64,000 bases of DNA from a bacterium. Its GTDB lineage: Bacteria > Patescibacteriota > Minisyncoccia > Phycocordibacterales > UBA12079. Made by a program: the position numbers and the translations under genes. The stretch is taken from assembly GCA_018401295.1 (NCBI GenBank), contig JAGYLJ010000003.1, forward strand, positions 3,327-67,326, read 5' to 3'. The notes under the pieces were generated by a model. That model had not been told where the DNA came from. It ran no database searches and saw only the letters and a program-made list of their open reading frames with translations. Below are positions 36,572-47,600 of this stretch, piece by piece; the first letter of the stretch is position 1, and every line of letters starts with the position of its first letter.

Positions 36572-38365
36572 CTAATCATTCTTCATCATCTTCAAGAAAA
36601 CATATTGAGTAAGATTAACCTTGCCAGAAGCCAACATTCTCTTCTTTCCTTTCTTTTGCTTTTCTCTCAACTTCATCTTACGAGTGATATCACCGCCATA
36701 CAAATGCCCAGTCACATCTTTTTTAAGCGCTGATAATTTTTGAGAAGCAATAATTCTTCCCCCTGCTTTAGCCTGAATTTTTGTTACGAACATTTGTCTC
36801 GGTAAAATTTTAAATAATTTATCTACTACTTTTTCAGCTTCCTCTTGGACTCTTTTCTTGGCCACTATTTTCGAAAAAGCCGGTATAATTTCTTCCGCCA
36901 CTAAAACATCTATCTTGATTACATCCGCTACACGATAATCTAACATTTCATAAGACAAAGAAGCATAACCAGACGAAGCACTCTTTAGATCATCAAAAAA
37001 ATTCCTCATCAATTCCCTTAAAGGCATCTCAGCAGAAATGGACAACCTTCCATCACCAAAATCATCGGATTTCCCCATATTGACTTCGTGTTCATAAAAT
37101 AATTGAACAATATTCCCTAAATATCTGCTTGGAGTCATTATATTTAATGATATCCATGGTTCTAAAACTTTCTCTTCTTCGCCGTGCTCAGGGAAAAAGA
37201 CAGGTGAAAAAATCATCTTTTTTTCTCCTTTCTTAAAATGTACTTCATAGGAGATACTTGGATGGGTAACAATCAGTTCAATCCCAAATTCTCTTCTCAG
37301 TCTCTCTGTAATAATTTCTAAGTGAAGCATTCCCAGGAAACCACAACGAAAACCTCGCCCTAAAGCTCCTGATGATTCTTCCTCATGAGTAAAAGAAGAA
37401 TCCGACAACTGTAATTTTCCCAGTGACAAGCGCAGTGTATTAAAGTCATCTGAATCCTCAGGATAAACCGAAGCCCACACCACTGACTTAGGTTTCTGAT
37501 AGCCATTCAATACTGGCATAGTACTTTTAGCCAAAGTTACAGTATCACCCACCGAAGCCACTCCGGGTTTTTTAATTCCTGTCACAATATAACCAATTTC
37601 ACCCATCCTTAATGATTCTTTGGGAATTTCGTCTGGAGAAAAAATACCAACTTCTAAAGAATTAAATTTTTCTTTTACAGCTCTAAATATTAATTGATTA
37701 TTTTTTGAGATCTCTCCATCTAACACACGAATATAAACAATAATTCCACGATGAGTTGAATATTTAAAATCGAAAACCAAAGCCCTAAAGTCATTGGCAT
37801 CTGTATATTCAGTAGTGGGGCCAGGTACCTTTTCTAAAATTCCATCCAATAATTCCCCAACACCTTTCCCTGTCTTGCCAGAAGTTTCGTAGATATCGTC
37901 AAAATTACAATTTAATAAAGCTGAAACCTCTTCCTTTACCTCTTCAACACGAGCTAAAGGCGAATCCACTTTAGATAACACAGGAATGATTGGAATTCCT
38001 AATTCCTTCGCCATATTTAAAGTTGTTAAAGTCTGAGCTTGTACCCCTTGAGTTGAATCAACTAATAAAATTGAACCCTCAACTGCTCGTAGGGCTCTAG
38101 ATACTTCATAGGAAAAATCTATGTGACCTGGAGTATCAATCAAATTTAGAATATATCCTTTCCATTCCATTCTCACTGGTTGCATCTTTATCGTGATTCC
38201 CCTTTCTCTTTCAAGCTCCATAGTATCTAAAACCTGAGCTTTCATCTTTCTTTTTTCTACTGTATTGGTAATTTCAAGCATCCGATCAGCCAAAGTTGAT
38301 TTCCCATGGTCAATATGAGCAATTATAGAAAAGTTTTTTATTTTTTTAATATCCTCATTATTCAT
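36572..38365 (-). CDS. lepA: Elongation factor 4 (LepA)
   Basis: NFSIIAHIDHGKSTLADR...DTPGHIDF..., and the LepA-specific C-terminal domain. Confidence 0.9.
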   Translation of the reverse strand: MNNEDIKKIKNFSIIAHIDHGKSTLADRMLEITNTVEKRKMKAQVLDTMELERERGITIKMQPVRMEWKGYILNLIDTPGHIDFSYEVSRALRAVEGSILLVDSTQGVQAQTLTTLNMAKELGIPIIPVLSKVDSPLARVEEVKEEVSALLNCNFDDIYETSGKTGKGVGELLDGILEKVPGPTTEYTDANDFRALVFDFKYSTHRGIIVYIRVLDGEISKNNQLIFRAVKEKFNSLEVGIFSPDEIPKESLRMGEIGYIVTGIKKPGVASVGDTVTLAKSTMPVLNGYQKPKSVVWASVYPEDSDDFNTLRLSLGKLQLSDSSFTHEEESSGALGRGFRCGFLGMLHLEIITERLRREFGIELIVTHPSISYEVHFKKGEKKMIFSPVFFPEHGEEEKVLEPWISLNIMTPSRYLGNIVQLFYEHEVNMGKSDDFGDGRLSISAEMPLRELMRNFFDDLKSASSGYASLSYEMLDYRVADVIKIDVLVAEEIIPAFSKIVAKKRVQEEAEKVVDKLFKILPRQMFVTKIQAKAGGRIIASQKLSALKKDVTGHLYGGDITRKMKLREKQKKGKKRMLASGKVNLTQYVFLKMMKND

Positions 38366-38521
38366 AGCGGAATTTTAGCATATTCTAATAAAATTAACTA
38401 AGAAAAAAGTCAATTTTCTCCACAAAATTGACTTACCTCAAACCCTTGCTTTTTTTATAATTTGTTTTATAATGATGCGTATTATAGATAATTTTAATTA
38501 ATAACCAATTATAAACATATT

Positions 38522-38941
38522 ATGGAAAATACATATAAAAAGCAGACTTTAGGCAAATTTTACTTTAATTCTTCGTGGTATTCTCTACTTACGACCAGTT
38601 ATTTGTTTTTGTTTGCATTCTTTGCTATTTTTTACCTAGATAACGTATTCCTAGCTATAGCCTTTGTTTTTAGAACTTTATTTGCTTCAACGACACTATT
38701 ACCAATGTCTAGCGCTGTTTGGGGAGCTGTTTATGTCATTTCTTTGTTAATCCCCTTCACAGTTAGTATCTTTGCCATTTTTGCCCTACCTAAAGTATGG
38801 GGTAATACAAAATGGAAAAAAGATCAAAGTTTATTAATTACCATTGGTCTTACAATAGCAATCCTTGTAATAATGTTACTGGCTAGTGATCTTATACAAA
38901 CAATCAGCAAATTAGACGTTTTGATTCCTTTTATAGGGTAA
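38522..38941 (+). CDS. Hypothetical four-TM membrane protein
   Basis: Hydrophobic 139-aa ORF. Confidence 0.4.
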   Translation: MENTYKKQTLGKFYFNSSWYSLLTTSYLFLFAFFAIFYLDNVFLAIAFVFRTLFASTTLLPMSSAVWGAVYVISLLIPFTVSIFAIFALPKVWGNTKWKKDQSLLITIGLTIAILVIMLLASDLIQTISKLDVLIPFIG

Positions 38942-38968
38942 TAAATAACTAAATATTCAAAACAACAA

Positions 38969-38997
38969 AAAAAGGGACGGCGAAGCCGTCCCTTTTT
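38969..38997. terminator. Hairpin AAAAAGGGACGGC-GAA-GCCGTCCCTTTTT between convergent genes
   Basis: Read directly. Confidence 0.5.
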
Positions 38998-39026
38998 TTG
39001 TTGTTTATTATTCTCAATAACAATCT

Positions 39027-39767
39027 CTACGAAAAGATTCTCGTCCGTTTAATCTGATAGGCTAGAGCTGGATAACCAATTTTTTTACCAAGAGAATTTA
39101 CTATACCCCTTATATAAGTTCCGCTAGAGCAAACAACCTTAAACTTTGAAATTAAAAATCTTTCTTCTTCTCTCCCAAGTAATAGCTCTCCCCACTTTTT
39201 GAGGATTTCTTCTTGCCTAAAATCTCCCTTAACTAAAGAGATTCTTTTAAAAATATCTATTTTTAAATTCTTTCCCTTAATCCAATAACTCTTAATAAAA
39301 TCAGCTTCGTAAATCTCTATCTCGTGCTCAGGAAGCTTGCTCTCATCCAACTTACCAGCTTTAGCTAATTCAAAAAGAGGTTTACCATCTAAAGTTTTGG
39401 AAGAGAACGGAGGGTATTTTTGTGTTTGTTTACCTCTTATACTTTCTAGGAACCTTTCAATTTTATCCTTATGCCTTGAAAGATCATATTCGTTAAAAGA
39501 TTCAGATCCTTTAGGAACTCCCAAAACATCGTAAGTGTCTGTTTCAAAACCAAACAATACCTCAAATTCGTACTCTTTATCTAACTCAATATACTTTTCT
39601 TTATTGTTACATTCATCTCCCACCAATATTAAAAGTTCACCCTCTGCCATGGGATCCAACCTACCTGCATAGGTCATCTTCACATTTTCATATTTAGAAT
39701 TTTCTCTTGCTAAACGATCAAGACATTCCAAAGGAGTCTCACCTATTTTTTTATAGAGTTTCAACAT
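39027..39767 (-). CDS. truB: tRNA pseudouridine synthase, TruB-like
   Basis: YAGRLDPMAEGELLILVGDECNNKEKY, cf. the TruB HxGTLDPxAxGxLxxxxGxxTK motif, with the catalytic Asp in the RLDP context. Confidence 0.6.
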   Translation of the reverse strand: MLKLYKKIGETPLECLDRLARENSKYENVKMTYAGRLDPMAEGELLILVGDECNNKEKYIELDKEYEFEVLFGFETDTYDVLGVPKGSESFNEYDLSRHKDKIERFLESIRGKQTQKYPPFSSKTLDGKPLFELAKAGKLDESKLPEHEIEIYEADFIKSYWIKGKNLKIDIFKRISLVKGDFRQEEILKKWGELLLGREEERFLISKFKVVCSSGTYIRGIVNSLGKKIGYPALAYQIKRTRIFS

Positions 39768-39778
39768 AATTATCTCAC

Positions 39779-40666
39779 TTAACCGAATAATTCTAATTTA
39801 TTCTTAGCAACCTGTTGAACCTTCTTAATAACTGGTTCCATAACTTTATAAGGAGTCACCTCATCTGGATTAGTAACAAAAAAATCTCCTGCCAAATCTT
39901 TAATTCCAAAGCTATAAGCCTTTCTTAATTCCGTACTGATATGAACAACTGACATCCCAGCAGAAACAGCTTCTTTCATCTCCTCATCTCTAATTCCAGA
40001 ACCACCGTGTAAAACAAGAGGTACTTTTATCTTCTCTTTAATTTCTTTGATTCTCTCTATATCTAAATTAGGATTATAAGAATTCTTTAACATTCCGTGG
40101 ATATTTCCTACAGCTGGGGCTATATAATCAACGCCAGTTTCTTGGGTAAACATGGTAGCTTCATCAACAGTAGTTAATTGCTCTTTGTTAATAACCGCTT
40201 TTTCAGGCACTTCATCTAAGAGAGCCGAGTGCTCCCCGATTACTCCCAATTCACCTTCTAAAAGAATTCCTGGAAAATTTTCTCTAATATAAGAGACACT
40301 CTCTTTTGTCGCTTTAATATTTTCTTCAACAGTTAATCTAGAAAAGTCAATCACAATAGAATCAAAACCATCTTCCCCAGCTTCCTTAACACTTTCAAAA
40401 GAATGACAGTGATCAGCATTCACAAAAACAGGATAATTATTTTCTTCCCTCCAACTTTTAATAAAAACTACGGCTTGTCTAGAACCTATAAATTTCCTTT
40501 CACTTTCTGACAACCCAATAATCAAAGGGATATGTTCTCCCTTTTCTTGAGATAATTCTTGTCCAGCCAAAAGCACAGCTTTCAACATTTCAAAATTAGC
40601 AACATTAAAATGACCAATCGCTTGTTTATTTTGAGATGCTTTTGCAACTTCTTCTTTTAAATTCAT
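39779..40666 (-). CDS. fba: Class II fructose/tagatose-bisphosphate aldolase
   Basis: IGHFNVANFEMLKAVL..., VNADHCHSFE, VIDFSRLTVEEN and LHGGSG motifs. Confidence 0.75.
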   Translation of the reverse strand: MNLKEEVAKASQNKQAIGHFNVANFEMLKAVLLAGQELSQEKGEHIPLIIGLSESERKFIGSRQAVVFIKSWREENNYPVFVNADHCHSFESVKEAGEDGFDSIVIDFSRLTVEENIKATKESVSYIRENFPGILLEGELGVIGEHSALLDEVPEKAVINKEQLTTVDEATMFTQETGVDYIAPAVGNIHGMLKNSYNPNLDIERIKEIKEKIKVPLVLHGGSGIRDEEMKEAVSAGMSVVHISTELRKAYSFGIKDLAGDFFVTNPDEVTPYKVMEPVIKKVQQVAKNKLELFG

Positions 40667-40852
40667 AATGAGTTTACCCTGTTAAATATCTTTAAATTCT
40701 TTGCAATTTATTGATTTATTAATAAAATTTTTTTACATAGGTTGTTAAAACATTATATAGGTAAATGGCCGGAATTTAAAGTTAAAATTTGTTGGAACAA
40801 ATTTTATTTAACAGGGTTAATTATAGCACTTTAAATTACAAAATAAAAAAAG

Positions 40853-40874
40853 AGGCAACCCTGCGGGTTGCCTC
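40853..40874 (-). terminator. Perfect hairpin GAGGCAACCC-GCA-GGGTTGCCTC followed by T7 on the minus strand
   Basis: Read directly, downstream of 40894-41154. Confidence 0.6.
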
Positions 40875-40893
40875 AACAAAAAAACTACAAAAA

Positions 40894-41154
40894 TTAACAC
40901 ATGGACTCAGCCTTTTGATAAAAAACCGTGGCAGCCACCAAATCACCATCAACCAAGCACTGGTCACCTTTGATAAGTAACCTTTCCCTAAGTGTCGCCC
41001 CTCGGTAGGCCTTCATAGCAACAGTGATGTAGGCTCTCGTCAAATCAGGTTTTTTCATCTCTTTGTTAACCTCACCAAAAGCCAACTTTGCCTGATCAGG
41101 CATCCCTATCCGCAAATACCCTTCACCCAATAGTTCAAACTCACTTTTTGCCAT
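40894..41154 (-). CDS. Small hypothetical protein (86 aa), GC-rich, with a strong SD (GGAGGAG) and a perfect terminator
   Basis: ORF MAKSEFELLGEGYLRIGMPDQAKLAFGEV...; helical; composition unlike its neighbours. Confidence 0.4.
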   Translation of the reverse strand: MAKSEFELLGEGYLRIGMPDQAKLAFGEVNKEMKKPDLTRAYITVAMKAYRGATLRERLLIKGDQCLVDGDLVAATVFYQKAESMC

Positions 41155-41405
41155 ATCTACTCCTCCTCATTTTTGTGAACCACCCAATCTGGACGATTCT
41201 TATTTATATTATGAACAAGCCTAATCAAACAGTAACACAAAAATAGTCATGTACCTACACCCTAGCAAAATTTAATAAACTTGTTTATTTTAGCCATTTT
41301 CGTTAAAATTAAGGAATTATATGAAGTAAGCATATAATTCCTACATTTGGATTATACAAAAATAAATATTGGCATAATTATTTTTGTAAATCCTCACTTG
41401 AAATT

Positions 41406-42692
41406 ATGGAAAAAAACAAAAAGATTTCAACAGAATCATACAAAGGTACTCGGGATTTCTATCCTGAAGATTTAGCTGTGCAGAATTTTATTTTTGATAG
41501 AGCCAGACAAATATCCGAAAATTTTGGTTATGAGGAATACAACACTTCTGTCCTAGAACCAACAGAATTATATAAAGCTAAGTCAGGCGATGAAATAGTC
41601 AACGAACAAACTTATTCTTTTATAGACAAAGGTGATCGAGATGTCACTCTCAGACCAGAAATGACGCCTAGCATCGCCAGAATGGTAGCCAAAAAAAGAA
41701 GAGAGTTAACCTACCCTCTTCGTTGGTTTTCTATTCAAAACTTTTTCCGCTATGAGAGACCCCAAAAAGGGAGACTCAGAGAATTCTGGCAACTTAACGC
41801 CGATATCTTTGGGGTAGAAGGAATTGAAGCCGAAGTAGAAATAATTTCTTTAGGTTATGAAATTATGAAAGCTTTAGGCGCTCAAGATGAAGATTTTGTA
41901 ATTAAAATTAACTATGCAGGAATTCTAAAAGAAACTTACCAAACAGAATTAAATTTAGATGAAAGTGAAGTAAAAAAAGCCTTAAGAATTATAGATTCAA
42001 AAAATAAAGTTTCAGAAGAAGAATATCGGCAAAAATATATCAATGACTTTGGAGAAGACAAAGGTAAGCAATTATTTGAAATAGAACAAAAAATAACAGA
42101 AAAGACCAAACAAAATGAGAAATTTCAAAAATGTGTTGAATTGGGTAAAAAATTAGAAAATAAGGGAATAAAAACCGAATTAGACCCTCTCTTAACCCGC
42201 GGCTTTGATTACTACACAGGCATCGTTTTTGAATTCTTTGATACTAATCCAGAAAATAAAAGGGCTTTATTTGGGGGCGGGCGTTATGACGATTTACTTG
42301 ATTTATTCGACTCTGAAAAAATACCTGCTGTAGGATTTGGGATGGGAGATGTTACTATCAAAGATTTCTTAGAAGTAAGAAGTCTGTTACCTAAATACCA
42401 ATCTAAAACCGAACTATATCTTTGCACTCTATCTCAAAAATACTCTGATAACGCAGACCAACTTGCTACGAGTTTAAGAAAACAAAATATAAACGTAACA
42501 GTTAATTATTCCGACAAAAAAATCGGCGACCAAATTTCTGTAGCAGACAAAAAGAAGATCCCTTATGTAATCTGTATAGGTGGAGACGAAGTCCAAAACA
42601 AACAGTATAAATTAAAGAATTTAAAAACAGGAGAAGAACAAGAAGTCACAGAAGAGAGTATTGCTGACGCTATAAAACAAATTACGGAATAA
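41406..42692 (+). CDS. hisS: Histidine--tRNA ligase
   Basis: YKGTRDFYPED..., RPEMTPSIAR (motif 2), GGGRYDDL (motif 3 region). Confidence 0.9.
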   Translation: MEKNKKISTESYKGTRDFYPEDLAVQNFIFDRARQISENFGYEEYNTSVLEPTELYKAKSGDEIVNEQTYSFIDKGDRDVTLRPEMTPSIARMVAKKRRELTYPLRWFSIQNFFRYERPQKGRLREFWQLNADIFGVEGIEAEVEIISLGYEIMKALGAQDEDFVIKINYAGILKETYQTELNLDESEVKKALRIIDSKNKVSEEEYRQKYINDFGEDKGKQLFEIEQKITEKTKQNEKFQKCVELGKKLENKGIKTELDPLLTRGFDYYTGIVFEFFDTNPENKRALFGGGRYDDLLDLFDSEKIPAVGFGMGDVTIKDFLEVRSLLPKYQSKTELYLCTLSQKYSDNADQLATSLRKQNINVTVNYSDKKIGDQISVADKKKIPYVICIGGDEVQNKQYKLKNLKTGEEQEVTEESIADAIKQITE

Positions 42693-43267
42693 TGAGAAAA
42701 ATTACTTTTGACATTGAAACAAAAAATACCTTTGAGGATATCGGAGAAAACAATCCTTCTTTACTAGATATTTCTATAGTTTGTATTCACGATTCAGAAA
42801 CAGACACCTACGACAGTTTTTTAGAAGATGATTTTGCTCGCCTTTGGCCAACTTTAGAAAAAGCCGATATGTTAATCGGCTACAATTCAGATCACTTTGA
42901 TATTCCTCTTTTAAACAAACACTATCCTGGGGATTTATCTACCATTAAAAGTCTGGACATCCTAAAAGAAATTAAGGACAGCACGGGAAGGAGATTTAAA
43001 TTAGACAATGTCGCTCAGGCAACCTTAGGAGAAGGTAAAAGTGGTAATGGTTTAGAAGCTATCACTTGGTGGAAAAATGGGGAAATCGAAAAGATTAGAA
43101 AATATTGTTTAGATGATGTTAGAGTTACCAAAAACATCTACGACTTTGCCCTAGCCAACGGCTATTTAAATTACAAAGATGGTGCTAAAATTAAAAAAAT
43201 AGAATTAGATACTTCCAGTTGGGAAGACAAAGAAAAAAATTCAATTACCCACACTTTACCTTTTTAG
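42692..43267 (+). CDS. DEDDy-type 3'-5' exonuclease (RNase H-like fold), start overlapping the hisS stop (ATGA)
   Basis: FDIETKN (Exo I), YNSDHFDIPLL (Exo II), YCLDDVRV (Exo III, YxxxD). Confidence 0.6.
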   Translation: MRKITFDIETKNTFEDIGENNPSLLDISIVCIHDSETDTYDSFLEDDFARLWPTLEKADMLIGYNSDHFDIPLLNKHYPGDLSTIKSLDILKEIKDSTGRRFKLDNVAQATLGEGKSGNGLEAITWWKNGEIEKIRKYCLDDVRVTKNIYDFALANGYLNYKDGAKIKKIELDTSSWEDKEKNSITHTLPF

Positions 43268-43277
43268 CATTTAAATT

Positions 43278-44015
43278 ATGCAAGAAAAATCAAACAATCT
43301 TTTAATACCCATTGCCATCATCATAGCTGGCGGTCTTATTTTTTGGGGAATAATGTCAAATCAAAAAAAACCCGAACAACCGTCAGATGCCTTGAATCCA
43401 GAATCCGAGACTCAAGAAATACAAACAACTTCTACTGATGCTGTTGGAGTACTGAAAACGGATTATATTTTAGGCAATCCTGATGCTGATTTGATTCTTA
43501 TAACCTTTAGCGACTTTGAATGTTCATTCTGTAAAATCTTCCACCAAACTATGCACCAAATAATTGATGAATATGGTAAAGACGGACGAGTAGCTTGGGT
43601 TTTCAGACAGTTCCCTATCCACGGTGTCACCGCAGAAGAAAAAGCCGCCGCTACTAGATGTGCAGGACAGCTCGGTGGAAATAATAAGTTCTGGGAAATG
43701 TCAGACAAAATTTTTAAAACAGAATTCAGTCAAGAAAGAAGCTTCGTTACAGAACAACTAGCAGAACTCGCCCGAGCAATGGGTCTAGAAGAAAAAAATT
43801 TCCTTACTTGTCTAGATAACAAAAACACCATAGCCTCAGTCCAACAAGAATATCAAACAGGTGTGAATGCCGGAGTATTAGGAGAATCAGGCACCACAGG
43901 AGGAACACCTTATACAATCATTTTAACTAGAATGGGTAAAACTTATCCCATAAATGGCGCTCAACCATACAGCGTTGTTAAATCTATTATTGATATAATC
44001 CTTCAAGGTCAATAA
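43278..44015 (+). CDS. Membrane-anchored DsbA-like thiol-disulfide oxidoreductase
   Basis: N-terminal TM; FSDFECSFCKIF (CxxC) in a thioredoxin fold. Confidence 0.7.
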   Translation: MQEKSNNLLIPIAIIIAGGLIFWGIMSNQKKPEQPSDALNPESETQEIQTTSTDAVGVLKTDYILGNPDADLILITFSDFECSFCKIFHQTMHQIIDEYGKDGRVAWVFRQFPIHGVTAEEKAAATRCAGQLGGNNKFWEMSDKIFKTEFSQERSFVTEQLAELARAMGLEEKNFLTCLDNKNTIASVQQEYQTGVNAGVLGESGTTGGTPYTIILTRMGKTYPINGAQPYSVVKSIIDIILQGQ

Positions 44016-44071
44016 GTAGTGATCCTCTTTTTCCTGCTCTCACAAAAACTCCATCTCCAAGGAGGTTTTTC

Positions 44072-44629
44072 TTATAAACGAAATACCCCTTCTCTCAAAA
44101 CCTTAACCTCATCATCTTTTATTTCCACTAAAGTAGAAGAATTAGATTCCAATTCTCCACTATCCAAATAAAAATCAATTTTCTCGCCAAAATATTCCTT
44201 AGCTTCTTTGATATTTCTTGCATGTCTCATCCCCTCAGGGTTAGCACTCGGTGCTACCAACGGACCAGTTTCTCTTAACAATTCAATTAAATTCTCATCA
44301 TCAGGAAAGCGAAAAGCCAAGGTCCCTCCTTCAGTATTTAAATATTTAAATTCTTGATTAGAAAAAGGCAAAATCACACTCACTTTCCCTGGCCAAACCT
44401 TTTTTAAGAAATCTCCAGCAAATTCACTAATTTTAACCCCAAATTTCTCCAGATCTTCCAGCGAACTTATCAAAACAATCAAGGGTTTCTTCGGATCCCT
44501 CCCCTTCACCTCATAAATTCTTGCCACTGCCTCCTGAGAAAAAGCACTCCCAACCAATCCATAAATAGTATCGGTTGGCATCACTCCAATCCCCTCTTTT
44601 TTTAAAATTTCTATTATTTTTGTTTCCAT
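44072..44629 (-). CDS. tsaC: L-threonylcarbamoyladenylate synthase (TsaC/YrdC)
   Basis: PTDTIYGLVGSAFSQEAVARIYEVKGRDPKKPLIVLIS. Confidence 0.8.
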   Translation of the reverse strand: METKIIEILKKEGIGVMPTDTIYGLVGSAFSQEAVARIYEVKGRDPKKPLIVLISSLEDLEKFGVKISEFAGDFLKKVWPGKVSVILPFSNQEFKYLNTEGGTLAFRFPDDENLIELLRETGPLVAPSANPEGMRHARNIKEAKEYFGEKIDFYLDSGELESNSSTLVEIKDDEVKVLREGVFRL

Positions 44630-44637
44630 AATTACTC

Positions 44638-47600
44638 TTACTTTTGGCTTCCTCCCCCCATCACTTCCCTCAATTTACAAAACTCACAATCCTTATCATC
44701 ACACTTTTTATCCCAGAACGACAAATTCAAAATCTCCTGCGAAATATTTTTAATCAACTCCTCTAAAGCTATCACCTCCTCAGACTCAATTTCAAATAAT
44801 TCTTTCTGATGTTTACCATTTTCATTCGGCTCAATAAAATCAATCTCGCCCATCACCATATTATATTGTCCTTTGTTATATCTATCCAAAAGCAACTTAT
44901 AAAAAACCAACTGCCTTTTATAATCTCCATTAGAATCTTTAGTTTTCCCCTCCAAATTATTTCTAGAACGAATTTTACCCGTCTTATAATCCACCACCTT
45001 TACTTTCCCATCTTCCAACAGCTCAACTTTATCCAAATTACCGGACAAAGACACTTCCTGCCCTCCTACTAATTCCAACAATATCCCTTTTATATTAAAC
45101 TCATTCAAAATTTCTTTCTTCCAACCTTTATGATACTCAGTGTAATAACTAGCCAAAGCTTCTTCCCCTTTAGCTTGAGCTTCTTGCTTTTCGCTTTCTA
45201 TCAAAAACCCCTTATCAATATTTTTCTTAAAAATATCTAGCAACATCTTCTGGCTAATCTTTTTACCTTGCCGGACATTCTCAAAAAATTCCTCCATGGT
45301 CCCGTGCACCACGTTACCGTAGGCCATATTTTTATTATAGGCCATGGGAATTTTAATCAAACTTTTGAAAAAATAAGACCAAGGACATTGTAAATAATTA
45401 TTCAACGCAGTTGCATTCAATCCTCTTTGCAAAAACAATTTGTTTAAATATTCTTTATTTTTAAGACCAGCGTTCTCTCTTTTGGCCGAATTCCCAGACA
45501 CATCAAAACGCTTAATAAAATCAACCTCCAAATCATTAACATCAACTTCCTTAATAAATTTCTCATCAATCTCAGCCAAAAACTGTGAAGGCATTTGATC
45601 TCTTCCATCAATTTTCTTTCTCGCATAGGTAATCACAACTTCTTTCCTAGCTCTCGTTAAAGCCACAAAAAACAACCTTCTTTCATCAGCATTATCCTGT
45701 TCAATACCATTAATTGGCAACCTAAACTTATTTCTTAAAACATTATTCCCCCAGTGCTTATCCACTGCATTTACTATATAAACAACATCAAACTCCAAAC
45801 CTTTAGCACTATGAGCTGTCATCAACCTCACCCCCTCAAACAAATCATTACTCTTTGTCTTAATAGACAACTTATAATTCTCCAACAACTCCAAATACTT
45901 CACAAAGTCAGACAATTTTAAATTGGCTTTCTCCTGCACAAATTTCTTAGCTTCATCAAATAACTTATTTATCTTATGCAACTTATCAGCCGAATCTTCT
46001 GACCTCAATACATAGTCAAAATAACCAGATTGGTAAATAATTTCTTCTAAACAAGTCACCAAGTCTTTATTCATGGCTGTTTTTTTCCATCCTTCTATTT
46101 TTTTGTATAAACCAACCAATTTTTCAACATCAACCACTCCTGCTTCCTCTAAAATCTTTTCCGAGCTAAGACAGTCAAATAAACCAATTTTGTTTTTTTG
46201 ACTAAAAGATACAAACTTATAAATATCCAAACTATCAATACCCAAAAAATCCACAAACAACATCTCCCCCAACAAAGCGTTATCACCCAAACCATTCACC
46301 GCTTTAATTAACAAAACAATTTTTAAAATATCAACATCAGCTAAAATATCTTGTTTAGATTCAATCACAAAAGGCACCCTAGCTTTCTCCATAGCTTTAG
46401 TTATTTCAAACACCTCATTATTATTTCTATAAAAAACAGCTATTTCATTCATCTTCGTTCCAGACTCTATTTTCTTCTGAATATCCTCTACCAAAAACCT
46501 CATTTCAAATTCTTTTTCAGAAAAAGGGTACACCAAAATTTCCACTCCAGAACCGCCAATCATAGCCTTTAGTTCTGAAACACCGAAAAACCCACCGGGT
46601 TCTTCTGTATTACCCATCAAACTATGGGCACTATCCAAAATCTTCTGAGTAGAACGATAATTCTCCAGCAAATTAACCATCAATACATCTTCATACTTTT
46701 CCTTAAAAAACATAAAATTTTTCAAGGAAGCCCCCTGAAAACGATAGATCGCTTGCTTTTCATCTCCCACAATAAATAGATTCGGTCGCTCAAAAAAATT
46801 CGTCAATAATTCCAAAATCTTGTTTTGAGAATTATTCGTGTCTTGGTGCTCATCCACTAAAATATATTGATACTTTTCCTGTAGAGTCAGTAAAAAATCA
46901 GAATTATTTTCCATGGCCGCAATGGTTTCTAAAATCACATCATCATAATCATACAACTTCCCTGTTCTCATTCTTTTTTCATATTCTTCATAAAAAACTG
47001 CTACCTCCTTATTCTTCTCTAAATCTTTTTCCTCCTTTTTGTATTTCCCCTTCATCTGTCCTTTCCATTTTCCCTTAGCGTGATACAGATCTTCAATCTG
47101 AGAAAATTCTCTTTCTTGCTTCGTCAAAATCTGATTTAATTTTTCTACTGAAATAGCTTCTCGTTTCAATTCACTAATCACAGAGGGCAAACTATTTATA
47201 TAGTAAGAAGCATCCCCCCAAGGTCTCAACTTTTTAAAATCACCCTGCTCAATAATTTCTTCAATTATTTGTAATTGTTCTACTGGAGAAATTAATTTAG
47301 CTCCAGATATCTTCTCAAATTCTTCACCATATTCATTCACCAAAGCTTCACAAAAACTATGAAAGGTAAAAATATTAGCCCGATAGGCTTGAGATCCAAT
47401 AATTTCAGCTAACCTCTTCCTCATAGAAAACACCCCTGCATTAGTAAAAGTTAAAGCTAAAATATTTTCTGGTTCAGTATCAGTCTGCTTCAAAATATTA
47501 GCAATTCGCAAACTCAAAATCTGAGTTTTACCAGTTCCAGGCCCAGCCACAACCATAACAGTCCCTTCCACCGCATCCACCGCCTTTTTTTGATTAGAAT